Shown: in pieces, positions 1 through 10,733 of the stretch | Numbering within the stretch: the stretch's first letter is position 1 | How the letters are laid out: each line of letters opens with the position of its first letter | Assembly (NCBI GenBank): GCA_025558095.1 | Contig: JAIVFI010000035.1 | Span: 434,001-498,000, forward strand | DNA length: 64,000 bases | From: Hyaloraphidium curvatum SAG 235-1 | Taxonomy: Eukaryota > Fungi > Monoblepharomycota | Direction of reading: 5' to 3' | The notes under the pieces: model-generated | Database searches by the model: none | What the model was told of the DNA's origin: nothing | What the model saw: the letters and a program-made list of their open reading frames with translations, nothing else | Translations under genes and position numbers: made by a program

Positions 1-1661
1 TCCCCGCGAAGCCGGAACGGGGTCCGGTACGGCATCTGGTGGATCGGCTTGAGGTCGCCCGTGTCGATCCGGAAGCGATGGTTGCGCAGCTTGCCGATCC
101 AAGGACCAAACACGTCCCGGTAGCGGTCGCAGAGCTTATGGAAACGAGGTTTGTCCCCCTCGCTCAGGATCGTTTGGTCCATCTTGAGCTCGATAGCCTC
201 GACCGGAGGAGGCTCCACGCCGGGAGGCTGAGGTGGTCCAATCGATCCCGGCGAGGGCACCGCGAACAGATCGATGGTCTCCTCGACCGTGAGCGTGGAT
301 TCGGCCGGTTCGGTGTGGGGCAGCTCGGGCTCCAGCATCGAGATCTGCGCGGGAGCCAGATACGTGGGCGGTTCCGGAGCGAGAAATCCAGGAATCCGCA
401 CGCGGAAGCGGCCGAGGTGGGTGCCCGGGCCGATCGTGACCGGTGTCGTCCCGTAGTTGCGGATGAGAATCGGCAGCCGACCGTCTCTGTCGGGCGTCGC
501 CGACGGGATGATGAAGAGGCGATCGAACGGCGAAGTGTTCGGCGTCTCGATGACCCCTGTCAAGTCCATCTCCACGACGGTCGCCAAGGGAGTCGTCGGG
601 GCCAGCTCAGCGGTGATCGAGACGTCCTCGTTGGGGTAGACCGTGATGGAGGTGGTTGAATGGAGCGGGGCGACCAGGTGTGATCCGAAGAGCGGTCGCG
701 CAACAATGTGCATTGGCACGACGACCCCCTCCGGATCGTCCTTGAAATAGAGGACCGGCGTCTCCCAGTCCATCTGAACGCGTAGGGCGGAGAGCCAAGG
801 GGTGCCGAGGATCACGTCGTCCATGAGACCGTCCATGATGGCGACGTCCATGACGCAGTGTTGATTCCCGACCAGGATGTCCATCTTAGCAACTCCGCGG
901 ACCCACATGGTTCCGCCGGCCGCGGCCGTGCTGAGGGTGCCGAGTGTCCATGGTTTGATCGGTGGCGACGGGTGGATCCGGCAGAAGAAGGACGACCGAA
1001 CCGCCACCACTGAGGCACCGGAGTCGACGAGGGCCGCGGGGGTATTCACGCCGTTGACCCATGCCGAAACGCGTGCCGCCTGATAGTGGAACTGCACTTG
1101 CGAAGTCCACGTCCAGCGATCCGGCGGAGGGGCGACCGGAGCAGGTGGCCGCGGGCGAGGCCGAGGGCCAGGCAGCGGTGGTCGTGCGTAGGCGGAAGGA
1201 GGAGGGGGCCTTTCGAAAGGTCCGGGAACGGCGCGGACGGTCGGGCCCTCGTGCATAGGTGCATCCGCTGATCCCGCGTCCGCATCCTGTGCCGCCGGTT
1301 CACCGTTTCCCACGACCTCGACCGAGCCGGGCGACGCCGAATCCGCTGCCGGCGGCGGGGCCAGGGTCTCGTCGATCGGCATGAGCGCCTCCCGCTGCTG
1401 ACGAACGGCGGCCTGTCGAGCTGCCTCCGCCTCGAGGAAGAGGATGTACTCCGTGCCCCCGAAGGGCCAATGATGAACGTGGTCCTCCGCCGTCGGTTCA
1501 TCGGTCGCGGAATCCGACAACTCCGGCGATCCGCCAGGAGATGAAGGGTCCGTGCCGTCCGGCAGCGGGGAAGTTCCAGGAAGAGGTTCCACATGTGGTT
1601 CAAGAGCTTGGATCTCTGCCCCCCTATGGCCGTGCGGCACTGAGGGCAAAGCTAGTTTTTT
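1..1661 (-). CDS. pol: pol polyprotein, N-terminal part (aspartic protease, linker, RT N-terminus) in the -1 frame of gag; not in the ORF track because it runs off the window
   Basis: Manual translation shows an open frame from about 1655 to base 1. It contains ALVDSGASVV (D codon 1023-1025), DDVILGTPWL (~795-820) and LCDRYRDVFGPWIGKLRNHRFRIDTGDLKPIHQMPYRTP (<140). Confidence 0.9.
1617..1661 (-). promoter_or_regulatory. -1 programmed ribosomal frameshift signal (A AAA AAC plus downstream stem-loop)
   Basis: CCA AAA AAC TAG at the gag end forms an X XXY YYZ heptamer (1661-1655). About 6 nt downstream, TGCCCTC can pair with GGGGGCA. The -1 frame is the protease frame. Confidence 0.8.
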
Positions 1662-3307
1662 GGCATCGAAGGGGTGTTGCCGAGGCGAGACTTCCAGTTG
1701 AGTGGGCGGCGGTTGGCATTCTTCTCCAACTCCCAGCACTCGTCCTGAGCATGCCCATCCATGCCACAGAGATGGCAGTGGCGAGGCTGGAAGCGCTTCT
1801 GGTCGCGGTACTCCGAGGTGAAGGGCCGGCGATCCTGGCGCTCCTGCTGCTGGCGGGGCCGATCGATCGGAGGAGGCCTCGCGGGGGGGTTCGACCTGGT
1901 CTCCGCGGCCTGAACCTGATGGCGAGGCGACGGCAGCAGCTTGGTGATGAGCTCCTTGATCTCGACGAGGTCGCTGTTCGGCCCCGAAGGCGGCAACGGC
2001 TGGCTCCGACGAGACTGGAAGGGGACGAAACGGCGCGGAGGCCGGAACGCAGACTCCCCCGGCGGTCCACCGGTGGGCCTGCGCTCTCCCTTAGGCTCCA
2101 GCAGCTTTGTGAGAGCCTGCGTATGAGCCAGCAGCACTTCCGTCGTCGCCTTGTCGGTCGCCTTGGAGGAGCCCGAAGACGAGTGCTGGCCGACCAGAGC
2201 CGGAATCTCCGAAATCGAGTTCTGGCCCAGGAAACGGATGTCGCGCGGCTGCGCAGGGCCCGATGCTTGCATGACGGTGCGCATCTTCTCGATGACCTTG
2301 GTGACGGAAGTGCGGTTGATGAGGTGATCCCCGAGGAGCTCCAGCGCCTTCCCGCGTAGCTCCGGGCGCAGTCCGTAGAGCAGGTTCTGGCCGTACACGC
2401 TGTCTTGCACTTCCCTGGTAGGAAGCTGATCGCCGCAGTGCGAGAGGAAACGCGTCTCGGCCAGGGATACGCGGGCAACGAAGGCGTCGAGGGTCTCATC
2501 GTTGGTCATCTGAATCGTGTTGTAGTGCCGGCGATAATGCATCGATGCGTCGCGGGGCTCGAAGTGGTAGCGTAGCCAGGCAAGCACATCGTTCTGGGTC
2601 ACCGGAGGATAGGTGGCCGTCGCGGGATAGTCCGGAGGGCGGTTCTGCGGCGTGATGTTGTGCCACATTGCGCGCGGCAGAGGCCCAAGGAAGACCGGGA
2701 AGACCTTGACGAGGTTGTTGATGGAGCCGAACGCCGTGAGAACCGTAGTGAGGTCGCGGAAGAAGTCTTCCGGGTCCTGCGTAGCGGGATCGAAGGGCTG
2801 AACAGAAGCAGGCAGCAGCTGAGCCGGGAGCTTGGCGGCTCCGCCCTGGCGATCCGCCTGGGGGAGGCCGGTGCTTCCATCGTTCGGCGGCTGAGCGCCA
2901 ACGATGGCCCGTACGGCGTCGACGAACTGCTGCGGCTGGAGACCAGCGGCGGCAGCGTTGACAGCCGGGGCTTGCTCGCTCCGCTGACCCTGCTGCTGTG
3001 CGGCGAGCTGCTGGAGCTGCTGCGCTGCAAGCTGCTCGGCGGCGGCTTGCTGTTGAACTTGGGCAGCTGGCAACTGCTGAGCGGTCTGTTGCGCCACGAG
3101 CTGAGCGGCAAGCTGATCGGCGACGGCTTGCTGGGCGGCTTGCTGGGCGGCGAGTTGGGCGACGTCGTTGGCGGCGGCGCCGACTTGCTGGATCGCGGCC
3201 TGCGCAGCTTGGATAATCGCCTGGGCCTGCGGGTTGTTCTGCAAATCGTTAGCTTCCTGAGGCTGCTGAACCTCCTGCTGAGGGGCGGCTTCTTGAACGG
3301 GGTCCAT
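1652..3307 (-). CDS. gag: Gag protein (Q/A-rich N-terminus, capsid-like core, CCHC zinc knuckle)
   Basis: ORF 1652..3373 with first ATG at 3307; CHLCGMDGHAQDEC knuckle; IQMTNDETLDAFVARV and LLYGLRPELR resemble retrotransposon gag motifs. Confidence 0.9.
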   Translation of the reverse strand: MDPVQEAAPQQEVQQPQEANDLQNNPQAQAIIQAAQAAIQQVGAAANDVAQLAAQQAAQQAVADQLAAQLVAQQTAQQLPAAQVQQQAAAEQLAAQQLQQLAAQQQGQRSEQAPAVNAAAAGLQPQQFVDAVRAIVGAQPPNDGSTGLPQADRQGGAAKLPAQLLPASVQPFDPATQDPEDFFRDLTTVLTAFGSINNLVKVFPVFLGPLPRAMWHNITPQNRPPDYPATATYPPVTQNDVLAWLRYHFEPRDASMHYRRHYNTIQMTNDETLDAFVARVSLAETRFLSHCGDQLPTREVQDSVYGQNLLYGLRPELRGKALELLGDHLINRTSVTKVIEKMRTVMQASGPAQPRDIRFLGQNSISEIPALVGQHSSSGSSKATDKATTEVLLAHTQALTKLLEPKGERRPTGGPPGESAFRPPRRFVPFQSRRSQPLPPSGPNSDLVEIKELITKLLPSPRHQVQAAETRSNPPARPPPIDRPRQQQERQDRRPFTSEYRDQKRFQPRHCHLCGMDGHAQDECWELEKNANRRPLNWKSRLGNTPSMPKN

Positions 3308-3455
3308 GTTTGGCGAAGGGGAATGAACTTGGTTGACGGAATACGGTTGACAGAAAAGAGTGGCAGTCGACAAGCGCCGGTGCCAGGCGAAGTTGTTTTT
3401 GGATTATCGAAGTCGAAACTGAAGTCGAACGAGGTGTCGAAGACCCGAGAGCAGG

Positions 3456-3473
3456 ATCACGGAGGTCGGACCA
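3456..3473 (-). promoter_or_regulatory. Primer binding site (TGGTCCGACCTCCGTGAT)
   Basis: TGG-initiated sequence 1 nt inside the LTR end (..GTCGCA C TGG..), upstream of gag. The priming tRNA was not identified. Confidence 0.7.
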
Positions 3474-3474
3474 G

Positions 3475-3950
3475 TGCGACGGTCCGGGTCGGAACCGGGC
3501 CTGAAGCTCTAACCCGGCGCGCGAATCCCGCTCGGCTCTTCGGGTCGGATAGGCCCTGAATATGAATAAGCGAACAGCGCTGAAGATACTTGACTGTAGC
3601 CGGGGGAAAGAGGTTACGGGATGTCTCCCGGGGTGCGTCCCAAGGGCTCTCAGAACGAGGATCCGGCCGGGCGGGGTTCCGCACGGTGGTCGAACGACAC
3701 GGAGAGCACGTAGAGTCAACTGGCGATCAAGATTGTACTGTTACATGTCCCGCTCTTTATATATCCCAGGAGGGTGGCTGTGCCGAGTCACTTGCGAGTC
3801 GCTCGCGAGTCGCTCGCGAGTGACTCGCGAGTCACTCGCGAGTCGATCGCGAGTCGATCACGAGTCGATCGCGAGGACCGACGCCTCCACGCCTCCGAAC
3901 CGAAAATGAAAATACCCTTGTCCGAATGTCAGACGTCCTGTACCTTCGCA
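3475..3950 (-). repeat. Long terminal repeat (~476 bp) with TATA box at 3756-3763
   Basis: 5-bp inverted termini TGCGA..TCGCA, TATATAAA, and an adjacent PBS. The partner LTR is outside the window, so the boundaries are inferred. Confidence 0.72.
3784..3875. repeat. Eight tandem 11-bp near-palindromic units (CGAG-N3-CTCG) in LTR U3
   Basis: cgagtcacttg cgagtcgctcg cgagtcgctcg cgagtgactcg cgagtcactcg cgagtcgatcg cgagtcgatca cgagtcgatcg cgag. Confidence 0.95.
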
Positions 3951-4868
3951 TCCCCCCAGGCCAAGGCCGCCTCCACGTCAACCGGATCCCTGCTGCCGGC
4001 TCCTGGCTCACCGTCCTTGAATGCCTAAAACACCACCAAGCAAGTGGCAACGCCGAGTAGTGGGCTGCTCTTCTCGGCGCCGAGCTCGTCCGGATACCTC
4101 CCGGGCGCGGTCAGCCCCTCCATCTTTTGCTGTTTTGCAGTCTTCACCAGTACGCCAACTACCACTATCTACAACGTCTCACCGAGTTCCGAGGCCGTTC
4201 GCGGCAGCAGGGGAGACTTCCGACATTGACCCCGCGTCCCCCGGGGCCCCTCGGCCAAATGCCGTGCCTAGCTTGGCCGAGGGTCACACTCTGCCCACGC
4301 CGCCCCGCGGCTCCTCCCGCTTGCCGGCACCAGCGGGGGGGAAAGGGGCGGCATGCTCGGAAGTATCTCCCTCCTCGTCATCGCAGATCTTGATCGCTGA
4401 TGCCCCGGCTTCGGCCGCTTCCATGCTCTCGGCGCACCCAGGCCATCCTCCGTGGGAAACCCCAGCTGCAACCGCCGTGCCGAGCTTGCAGCTGCCGCCT
4501 GCGCCGCCCCGCACAACCCCCGGCACGCCGCCGGCACCAACGGCCGGGGGGGGGCAGAGCTCCTCGGAAGTATCCACTCCGACGCGCACCTTGCCTCCTT
4601 GGTATGCTCACACGGAGCCCGGTTCGCCGGCGCACCTCGAATGGCCAGGTTCCGAGCTCCTCGATGACGGCGGCCGTGATGCTATCGGTGACGCGTGGTC
4701 GGCGCTTGCGGCCTGGCACAGGGCGGGGGGCGACCTGACCGAGTCACAGGAGGTTTGGATGCGGACACATGCGCTCGACGATTGGGAGATCTCGTCGGAC
4801 AAGGCACCGTCCGCGGTAGCTGATCCTGGCGGCGGGACACCGGCATCGCCGCCGCCACCGTATTCGCC

Positions 4869-7800
4869 ATGAGCCGCACGCCGCTCCTGCCTTACAGCTG
4901 CCACCGCTGCGCGGCAGCTTTCGCCAACATCGGAGCTCTATCTCATCATCACCAATCTTGCATCGACGGCGATGTGCCGATGGCGGAGGCGCCTGCTGAA
5001 CCCGGCCTCCATGCGTGCCCGGTTGATGGTTGCCGCTTCCAGCCAACTCCAAACAAAAACAAACGGGACGGTCATCTTCGGGTCACACGGAGCCCGGAGC
5101 ACTGGTTGGCGATGCAGCGCCTGTCTGCCGATGCGTTGCGCGCCATGGGGCTAGCGCGGTGCGGGGGTTGCCGGCGTCCCTACGCCGCAAACGCCTCTGG
5201 TGCCGGTGTTTCTGGACAGCACACCTCGTGCAACCCGGACGCAGCTAACCCGCCACTCGGCGTCTCTTTAGCTTCGCTTCCACCCGATCTCGTCGAGTTC
5301 CTCGACCGCGTGCGTGCCGAGCGGGCGGCTGCCACGGGACGCGCGGAGGGACCGGCGTCACCAGCGGCATCGTCGGCATCTCCCCGTGCTTCGCCACCCG
5401 CGCCCGCGCTGATGGCGGCCCTTGCGGCCGCCCGGGTTGCGGCCGACGCCCCGCAGGACGGCCAGGCGCAACGGGCGGCGCTGGCGGCGGCGGCGGCGGC
5501 GGCGCGTGCCGCCCCGGACGGCGGTGATCCCCCAGGCGGCGACGGCGCGCCGGGCGGCAACGCCGCGGCTGGCGGGCACGGCAACGGCGGTGATCCGGGC
5601 GACCCGGGCGACGGTGGTCCACCCGGGGGTCCCGGGCCTGATCCGCCGCCGGGCGGGGGCGCGGGGGCGCCGCCGCCGGAGCCGCTGAAGCACCGCTACC
5701 GGACCACCACCTGGAGCACGCTCGCCTTCCGGGCCAGCGAGTCTTTCCAACGGGCCTACGAGGACCCGGCGGCACCGGAAACCGACCTGCACCGCACTCT
5801 CACCGCCTACCTTGCGTTTGGCGGCTACGTCATGTCGGGGGACTACATGTACGAGCAGAACTACTTCGCCGCCCGTCAGGTCAACCGGGGCGCGCGGCGG
5901 GACGGGCTGCGGCCGCTCAACTACCAGCTCTTCAAGTCCATCGTGCTTGCCGCCTTGAAGGGCGCTCCTGGTGCTGCGTCCGCGGCCCTCTCGGGGGAGG
6001 CCGTTCCGGCTGGCTTCACGCCCACGCTTCAGGCGGAACTGGAGGAGCTGTACCCGGGGCCGCGGGAGGGAGAGCCGCTGTGTCGGCTGTCTCTGCCCCC
6101 CAACGCGCCCGCGCCCTGCCCTGCCTACACGGACGCGGCTTTCCTGGAGGACATCTGGGCCCGGTTGCGCCGGAAGAAGGACGGCGTGGGGGCCGGCATG
6201 TCGGGTTTCAGCATGGCCAAACTTTTCATCGTGCACAACTGCGAGAACGACGCGACGCGGCGGAAGCTCCGCCCGCTGGCGGCCATGGTGCACGGCGTGT
6301 GCACTGGCCGACTCGACACCCCCATGCTCCGGCCGCTCCTCACGGATCAAATCCTCGTCCCTCTGCTCAAGCCGGAGGGGGGGCTCCGGCCGATTGGCAT
6401 TATGGAGGGCATCACGCGGCTCGCGGGCTCGTACCTGGCCGTGCGGCACAAGGCTCTTCTGAGGAAGCTCCAACAGCAGGAGGACCTGGGTCACGGGGTG
6501 GACGGGGGCGCGGAGGCGACCGCCCACGCGGTGAACGCGTGGCTGGCGGCCTTCCCCGACCACGTCGTCATGAAGGTCGACTCTAGGAACGCCTTCAATA
6601 CGCTGCGCCGCCTCTTCGCGCGCGAGGTGGTCCGCCAGGTGCCTCAGCTTATCCCGTACTACAACCTCGTTTACTCGCGCCCTTCCCACGCCTACTTCCG
6701 CGACCGGCGCTCGGCGGAGCTCCTTTTCCGGATCACCATGTACGAGGGCAACATCCAGGGCGACCCGCTGTCGTCTGCCATCTTCTCCTGCGCCATGAGC
6801 CGCATGCTGCGGCCCATCCGCTCTGGGCACCCCGACTGCCTCATCCTTGGGTACCTCGACGACCTCACCGTGGTCGGGCCGCTGGACTCGGTCATGGCCG
6901 TCCTGGGAGAGGTGCGTGACGGCCTTGCTTCCCTCGGCATGACCCACCGCCCGGACAAGAGCTACCTGCTTTCGCTCTCGACGAACCCGGCCGTGCTGGA
7001 GCGGGTGCGCGCGGCCGGTGCGGCCCACAACATCCGCGTCGCTGGCTTCCCGCCTCACGAGGCCGACCCCGAGGTGCATGCCACGGCGTCGGCCCCGGGC
7101 TCGCCTGACTTCGCTCGCTCGTGCGGCCTCAAGGTGGTAGGTGCCCCGGTCGGCACCCCTGCCTATGTGGAGTCGTTCCTCGCGGCCAAGATCGACTCCA
7201 TTGCCGCTCTTCTCGATGAAATCGAGCGCGCCGCGCTCGGCTACGCCATGCCGGCCGACATCCCCTCCCTCCAGGGCCTGTACTCCCTCCTCCGTCTCTG
7301 TGTGACCCAGCTCTTCTCGTTTTGGCTCCGCATTCTCCCCCCCTCGGTTACCCAACCCTTTGCTCGACGTCTTGACAACGCGCTTTTCACCACCTTCTTG
7401 CGCTTGCTGGGAGATCGGGCCGAGGATCTGGATCCGCTGTCGGTGGAGGGTCGGACTGTGCGGGAGCAGGTATTCTTGGGTCTGCACTACTCGGGGATGG
7501 GGCTTCTGTCATCGGAGAAGGTGGCCTCGGCGGCTTACCTGTCTTCACTCAACCTCACGGCGGGCCCCTTGGACGCCATGCTTGGTCTTCGAACCTCGGC
7601 CCGGGGTGTGGGCGTGGAGCACGTGCGGGAACTGGTTCCCGTCATCGAGGCCCTCCGCCCCGCCTTTGAGCGTGTCGAGGATGACACGGCCGCAGCGTAC
7701 GCCGAGGCTGCGCGTGCTGGGCAACCGGTGGGCGCCGCGCCCGCCCGCCGTACGCTCCCTGCGGACGCCAGTTTCTTCGCTCAGCCGGTCTGGCACGGCC

Positions 7801-8786
7801 TGCAGAGCGACCTTACGCGTCTCGAGGACCAGCGCCGCCTCGCGGCTCTGATTGCCTTGCAACCCGACACTTCCGCTGGTCTGGAGCGCCGCAAGCGGCT
7901 CGTCCAGGCGCAGGACGGCCTGTCGGCTTTCCTGACTGCCTCTCCCGCGCTGCTTGCCAACCACATTCGCAACAACTTTTTCCGCTTACTTGTACGCTTC
8001 CGGCTTTGCCTCCCGCTCCTGCACGAGGCCGACTACCCTGGTCTTTCCTTGCCCTGCCGGCGGGGCTGCAAGCGATCGGCCATGTCGCTGACGGGGGAGC
8101 ACGCGTTCTCGGGCTGCTATGGCCGGGATCTCTTCAGTCCTGGTCACGACGACATTTGCGCGGCCATCCGCGCGGCGCTTCGCTCCATCCCGCTCCTCCG
8201 CGTGCACCCCATGCCGCCAAACCTACGCATGGCTACGAGACTGTCACCCCGCCCACGCCTGCGGATGCTGGCCGCCTTGGCGACATTCTCATCACGCACC
8301 GCGAAACCCGGAAACGGTGGTTGCTCGAGATCAAGACCCTCACCTCTATGGCCCATTTGCACACGGGCCTGGTCTTCTCGGTCCCGGGCCACGCAGTCGA
8401 ACGGCGGGTCGAGGCCGCCAGGAAGGACTACTCCCGTTTCGTCTTCAACGCCAACTTCTACCCTCTGATCGTGCTTGCTTTTGATTCGTACAGCGCTGTC
8501 TCTGCCACTTTCTCGCGCTTCTCCTCGGAGATGGGGCGCATCCAGTATCCCGGGATCGTCGGCCGCGATGGGCAGCCCGTGGACCTCGATGGCCTTTACT
8601 CTCGTTTTGTGCGGCGCTTCCGCGAACGGATCGCGGTGGCCTGGGCTCTTGGCGTCGCGGCCCAACTCCAACACTGGCTTCTGCGCACTTCAGCTGTGCA
8701 CCGAAGCCGCCGCTGTCAACGCTCCGGCCCCCGGGCCGGTCGCTTTTGGTTTGAATGTAGATGAGGAGCTGATTCTTGGGGCGTAG
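4869..8786 (+). CDS. RT-RLE polyprotein, interrupted by a frameshift near 8207-8210 and a 10-bp insertion at 8681-8690
   Basis: RPIGIMEGITRL, GGAEATAH, KVDSRNAFN, QGDPLS, YLDD (6852), LKVVGAPVG, SGMGL, CRRGC..EHAFSGC..HDDI. The nuclease part (LGDILI..WLLEIKT..RKDY) lies in ORF 8006..8764. Confidence 0.85.
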
Positions 8787-9173
8787 GGGGATTTCTAAGT
8801 GTACGGTGGGATTGCTAGCTCCTCATTACACAACTGGACGATCTGACACTTTCTCGCGCTTCTCCTCGGAGATGGGGCGCATCCAGTACCCTGGGATCGT
8901 CGGCCGCGATGGGCAGCCCGTGGACCTCGATGGCCTTTACTCTCGTTTTGTGCGGCGCTTCTGCGAACGGATCGCGGTGGCCTGGGCTCTTGGCGTCACG
9001 GCCCAACTCCAACACTGGCTTCAGCTGTGCACCGAAGCCGCCGCTGTCAACGCTCCGGCCCCCGCGCCGGTCGCTTTTGGTTTGAATGTAGATGAGGAGC
9101 TGATTCTTGGGGCGTAGGGGGATTCCTAAGTGTACGGTGGGATTGCTAGCTCCTCACTACTAGAAGGACGATC
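8506..9173 (+). repeat. Tandem duplication of the retroelement 3' end (~8506-8843 and ~8847-9173)
   Basis: Near-identical copies offset by 341 bp; copy 2 lacks the 10-bp ctgcgcactt insertion. Confidence 0.95.
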
Positions 9174-10733
9174 ATGGCAGAGACGCGTCGAATCGTGGTC
9201 GGCATCGACCTCGGCACGTCCTCCGCGAAGGCTGCCGCGTTCCTGCTCTCTCGACCGGGCCCCGAGGCCCCGTCTGCGGGCCTGTCGCCCGTCGAGGGCT
9301 GCACCTGGGCGTCGGCCGCGCACTACCGCACTTCCGCGTCGCCGCCGTGGACGCAGGACTCCGAGGGATGGCTGGCGGCCGCGCGTGATGGTCTGGATGT
9401 CGTCCCAGCGCTGCTCGACGCGTCGTTGGGCTCGGGATGCTGGACGTGCACCGCCATCGCGTTGAGCGGACAGATGCAGGACGTCGCGCTGATCGACCCG
9501 GAGACGCGGACATCGCGGAGCGCAGTGCTGTACAGCGACACGGCGCTGGCTGCCAATTCCGCTGCGGGGCTGGAGGCGAGCGGCGCGGCCCGGTGGTTGG
9601 AGGAGCGGACTGGGAACTACAAAGGGCCCGGTTCGGTCGCCGCCAAGCTGGCCGCATTGGTGCAGGAGGTTCCTGCCCGCTCCGCGACACCGGTGGCCTT
9701 TTCTGCCCATGGATACGTGGCGTTTGCCCTGGCAGGCCGGCGGTGGGACGCCCTCGCGTGCGACCCGACGACGGCGTCTACGACTGGACTCGTTGACAAG
9801 CGGACATTGCGCTGGCTACCAGCACAGGAACTCGAAGCGCTCGTTGGGATCCCATCCGACGCTTTCGAATTTCCGCGCCTGCTGGATACCTCGGCGGTGA
9901 TTGTCGGCGAGCTGCACGGCGAAGCAGGCTGGACGCCTCACCCCGCCCTCGCCGGCGCTCCGGTAGTGCACGGTGCCGGGGACCTGGGCACCACGCTCCT
10001 CGGCGCCGATGCGTTGCGACCCGGAAAACCGCACGCGTACATCGGTACGAGCGGCTGGATCGCTGCCGCCGAAACGGCCTCGGACGGCTCGGCGCGGGGG
10101 TTCAGCCTCGCGCACCCGCTCGATCCCGCCAAACGGATCGCAGCTGCGCCTACCGTCAGCGCTGGGGAGAATGTTGCGGCGTGGGGCCGCGCGCTAGGGT
10201 TCGATTCGCCCGAGGCTTTCGACTCCGCCGCGGCATCCGCACCCCCGTGGGCGGGACCCCTCTACCTGCCCCACATCCGGGGCGAGCGCTTCCCGCGCAG
10301 CCTCCCCTCCGCCCGCGGCCACCTTCTCGACCTTGGCCCGTATGTATCCCGCGGGCAGATCGCGCGGGCGGTGCTCGAGGGCGTCGCGTTCCAGTTTCGG
10401 TGGATGGCGTCAGAGCTCTTCCCCATGAGGCTGGGTGACGAGCTGGTCCTCGTAGGCGGTGGGGCACGGTCCGCGGTGTGGGCAGAGATGCTGGCGACGT
10501 CACTTGGTGTCAGGGTCGCGAGGTGCGTCTCGAAGGAGCTGGACGCCGCGGTGCTCGGCGCCGCCTGCGTGGCGGTTGCGGCCATCTTCCCCGAAACGGG
10601 GGGGCGGGTCGAGCTGGGTGGATCTCTGGCATCCGTTGCGGTGTCGGAACCCGCAAGAGGCGAAGAAGCGGAGAGGATGGAGGCGCGGTTCGCGGATTGG
10701 TTGGCCGCGGTCGAAGCGATGTACGGCAAGTGA
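9174..10733 (+). CDS. FGGY-family carbohydrate kinase (xylulokinase-like), intronless
   Basis: IVVGIDLGTSSAK, ALSGQMQD, DPTTASTTG, GAGD, YIGTSGW, YLPHIRGERFP, RAVLEGVAF, LVGGGARS..W. Confidence 0.9.
   Translation: MAETRRIVVGIDLGTSSAKAAAFLLSRPGPEAPSAGLSPVEGCTWASAAHYRTSASPPWTQDSEGWLAAARDGLDVVPALLDASLGSGCWTCTAIALSGQMQDVALIDPETRTSRSAVLYSDTALAANSAAGLEASGAARWLEERTGNYKGPGSVAAKLAALVQEVPARSATPVAFSAHGYVAFALAGRRWDALACDPTTASTTGLVDKRTLRWLPAQELEALVGIPSDAFEFPRLLDTSAVIVGELHGEAGWTPHPALAGAPVVHGAGDLGTTLLGADALRPGKPHAYIGTSGWIAAAETASDGSARGFSLAHPLDPAKRIAAAPTVSAGENVAAWGRALGFDSPEAFDSAAASAPPWAGPLYLPHIRGERFPRSLPSARGHLLDLGPYVSRGQIARAVLEGVAFQFRWMASELFPMRLGDELVLVGGGARSAVWAEMLATSLGVRVARCVSKELDAAVLGAACVAVAAIFPETGGRVELGGSLASVAVSEPARGEEAERMEARFADWLAAVEAMYGK

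Larger units (their letters stand above)
1..3950 (-). mobile_element. Ty3/Gypsy LTR retrotransposon (LTR, PBS, gag, start of pol); continues beyond the window start
   Basis: LTR with TGCGA..TCGCA termini, PBS TGGTCCGACC, gag with CCHC knuckle, then protease (LVDSGAS, DVILGTPWL) followed by the RT N-terminal signature (YRDVF...FRIDTGDLKPIHQMPYRTP). PR-RT order fits Ty3/Gypsy. Confidence 0.93.
4021..9173 (+). mobile_element. CRE-like non-LTR retrotransposon with restriction-like endonuclease (5' boundary uncertain)
   Basis: N-terminal Zn fingers, central RT, C-terminal CCHC and a PD-D-type nuclease; no apurinic endonuclease seen. Confidence 0.87.

Noticed and set aside
3370-3385. Alternative PBS TGGCACCGGCGC
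   Set aside because: Not adjacent to a CA LTR end; the 3456-3473 site fits the TGCGA..TCGCA termini better.
3784-3875. Repeat array as a CRISPR
   Set aside because: The 11-bp units have no unique spacers, lie inside an LTR, and there are no cas genes; the context is eukaryotic.
8200-8230. Programmed frameshift in the CRE-like ORF
   Set aside because: No slippery heptamer; a missing C in a CCCC run (mutation or sequencing error) explains it.
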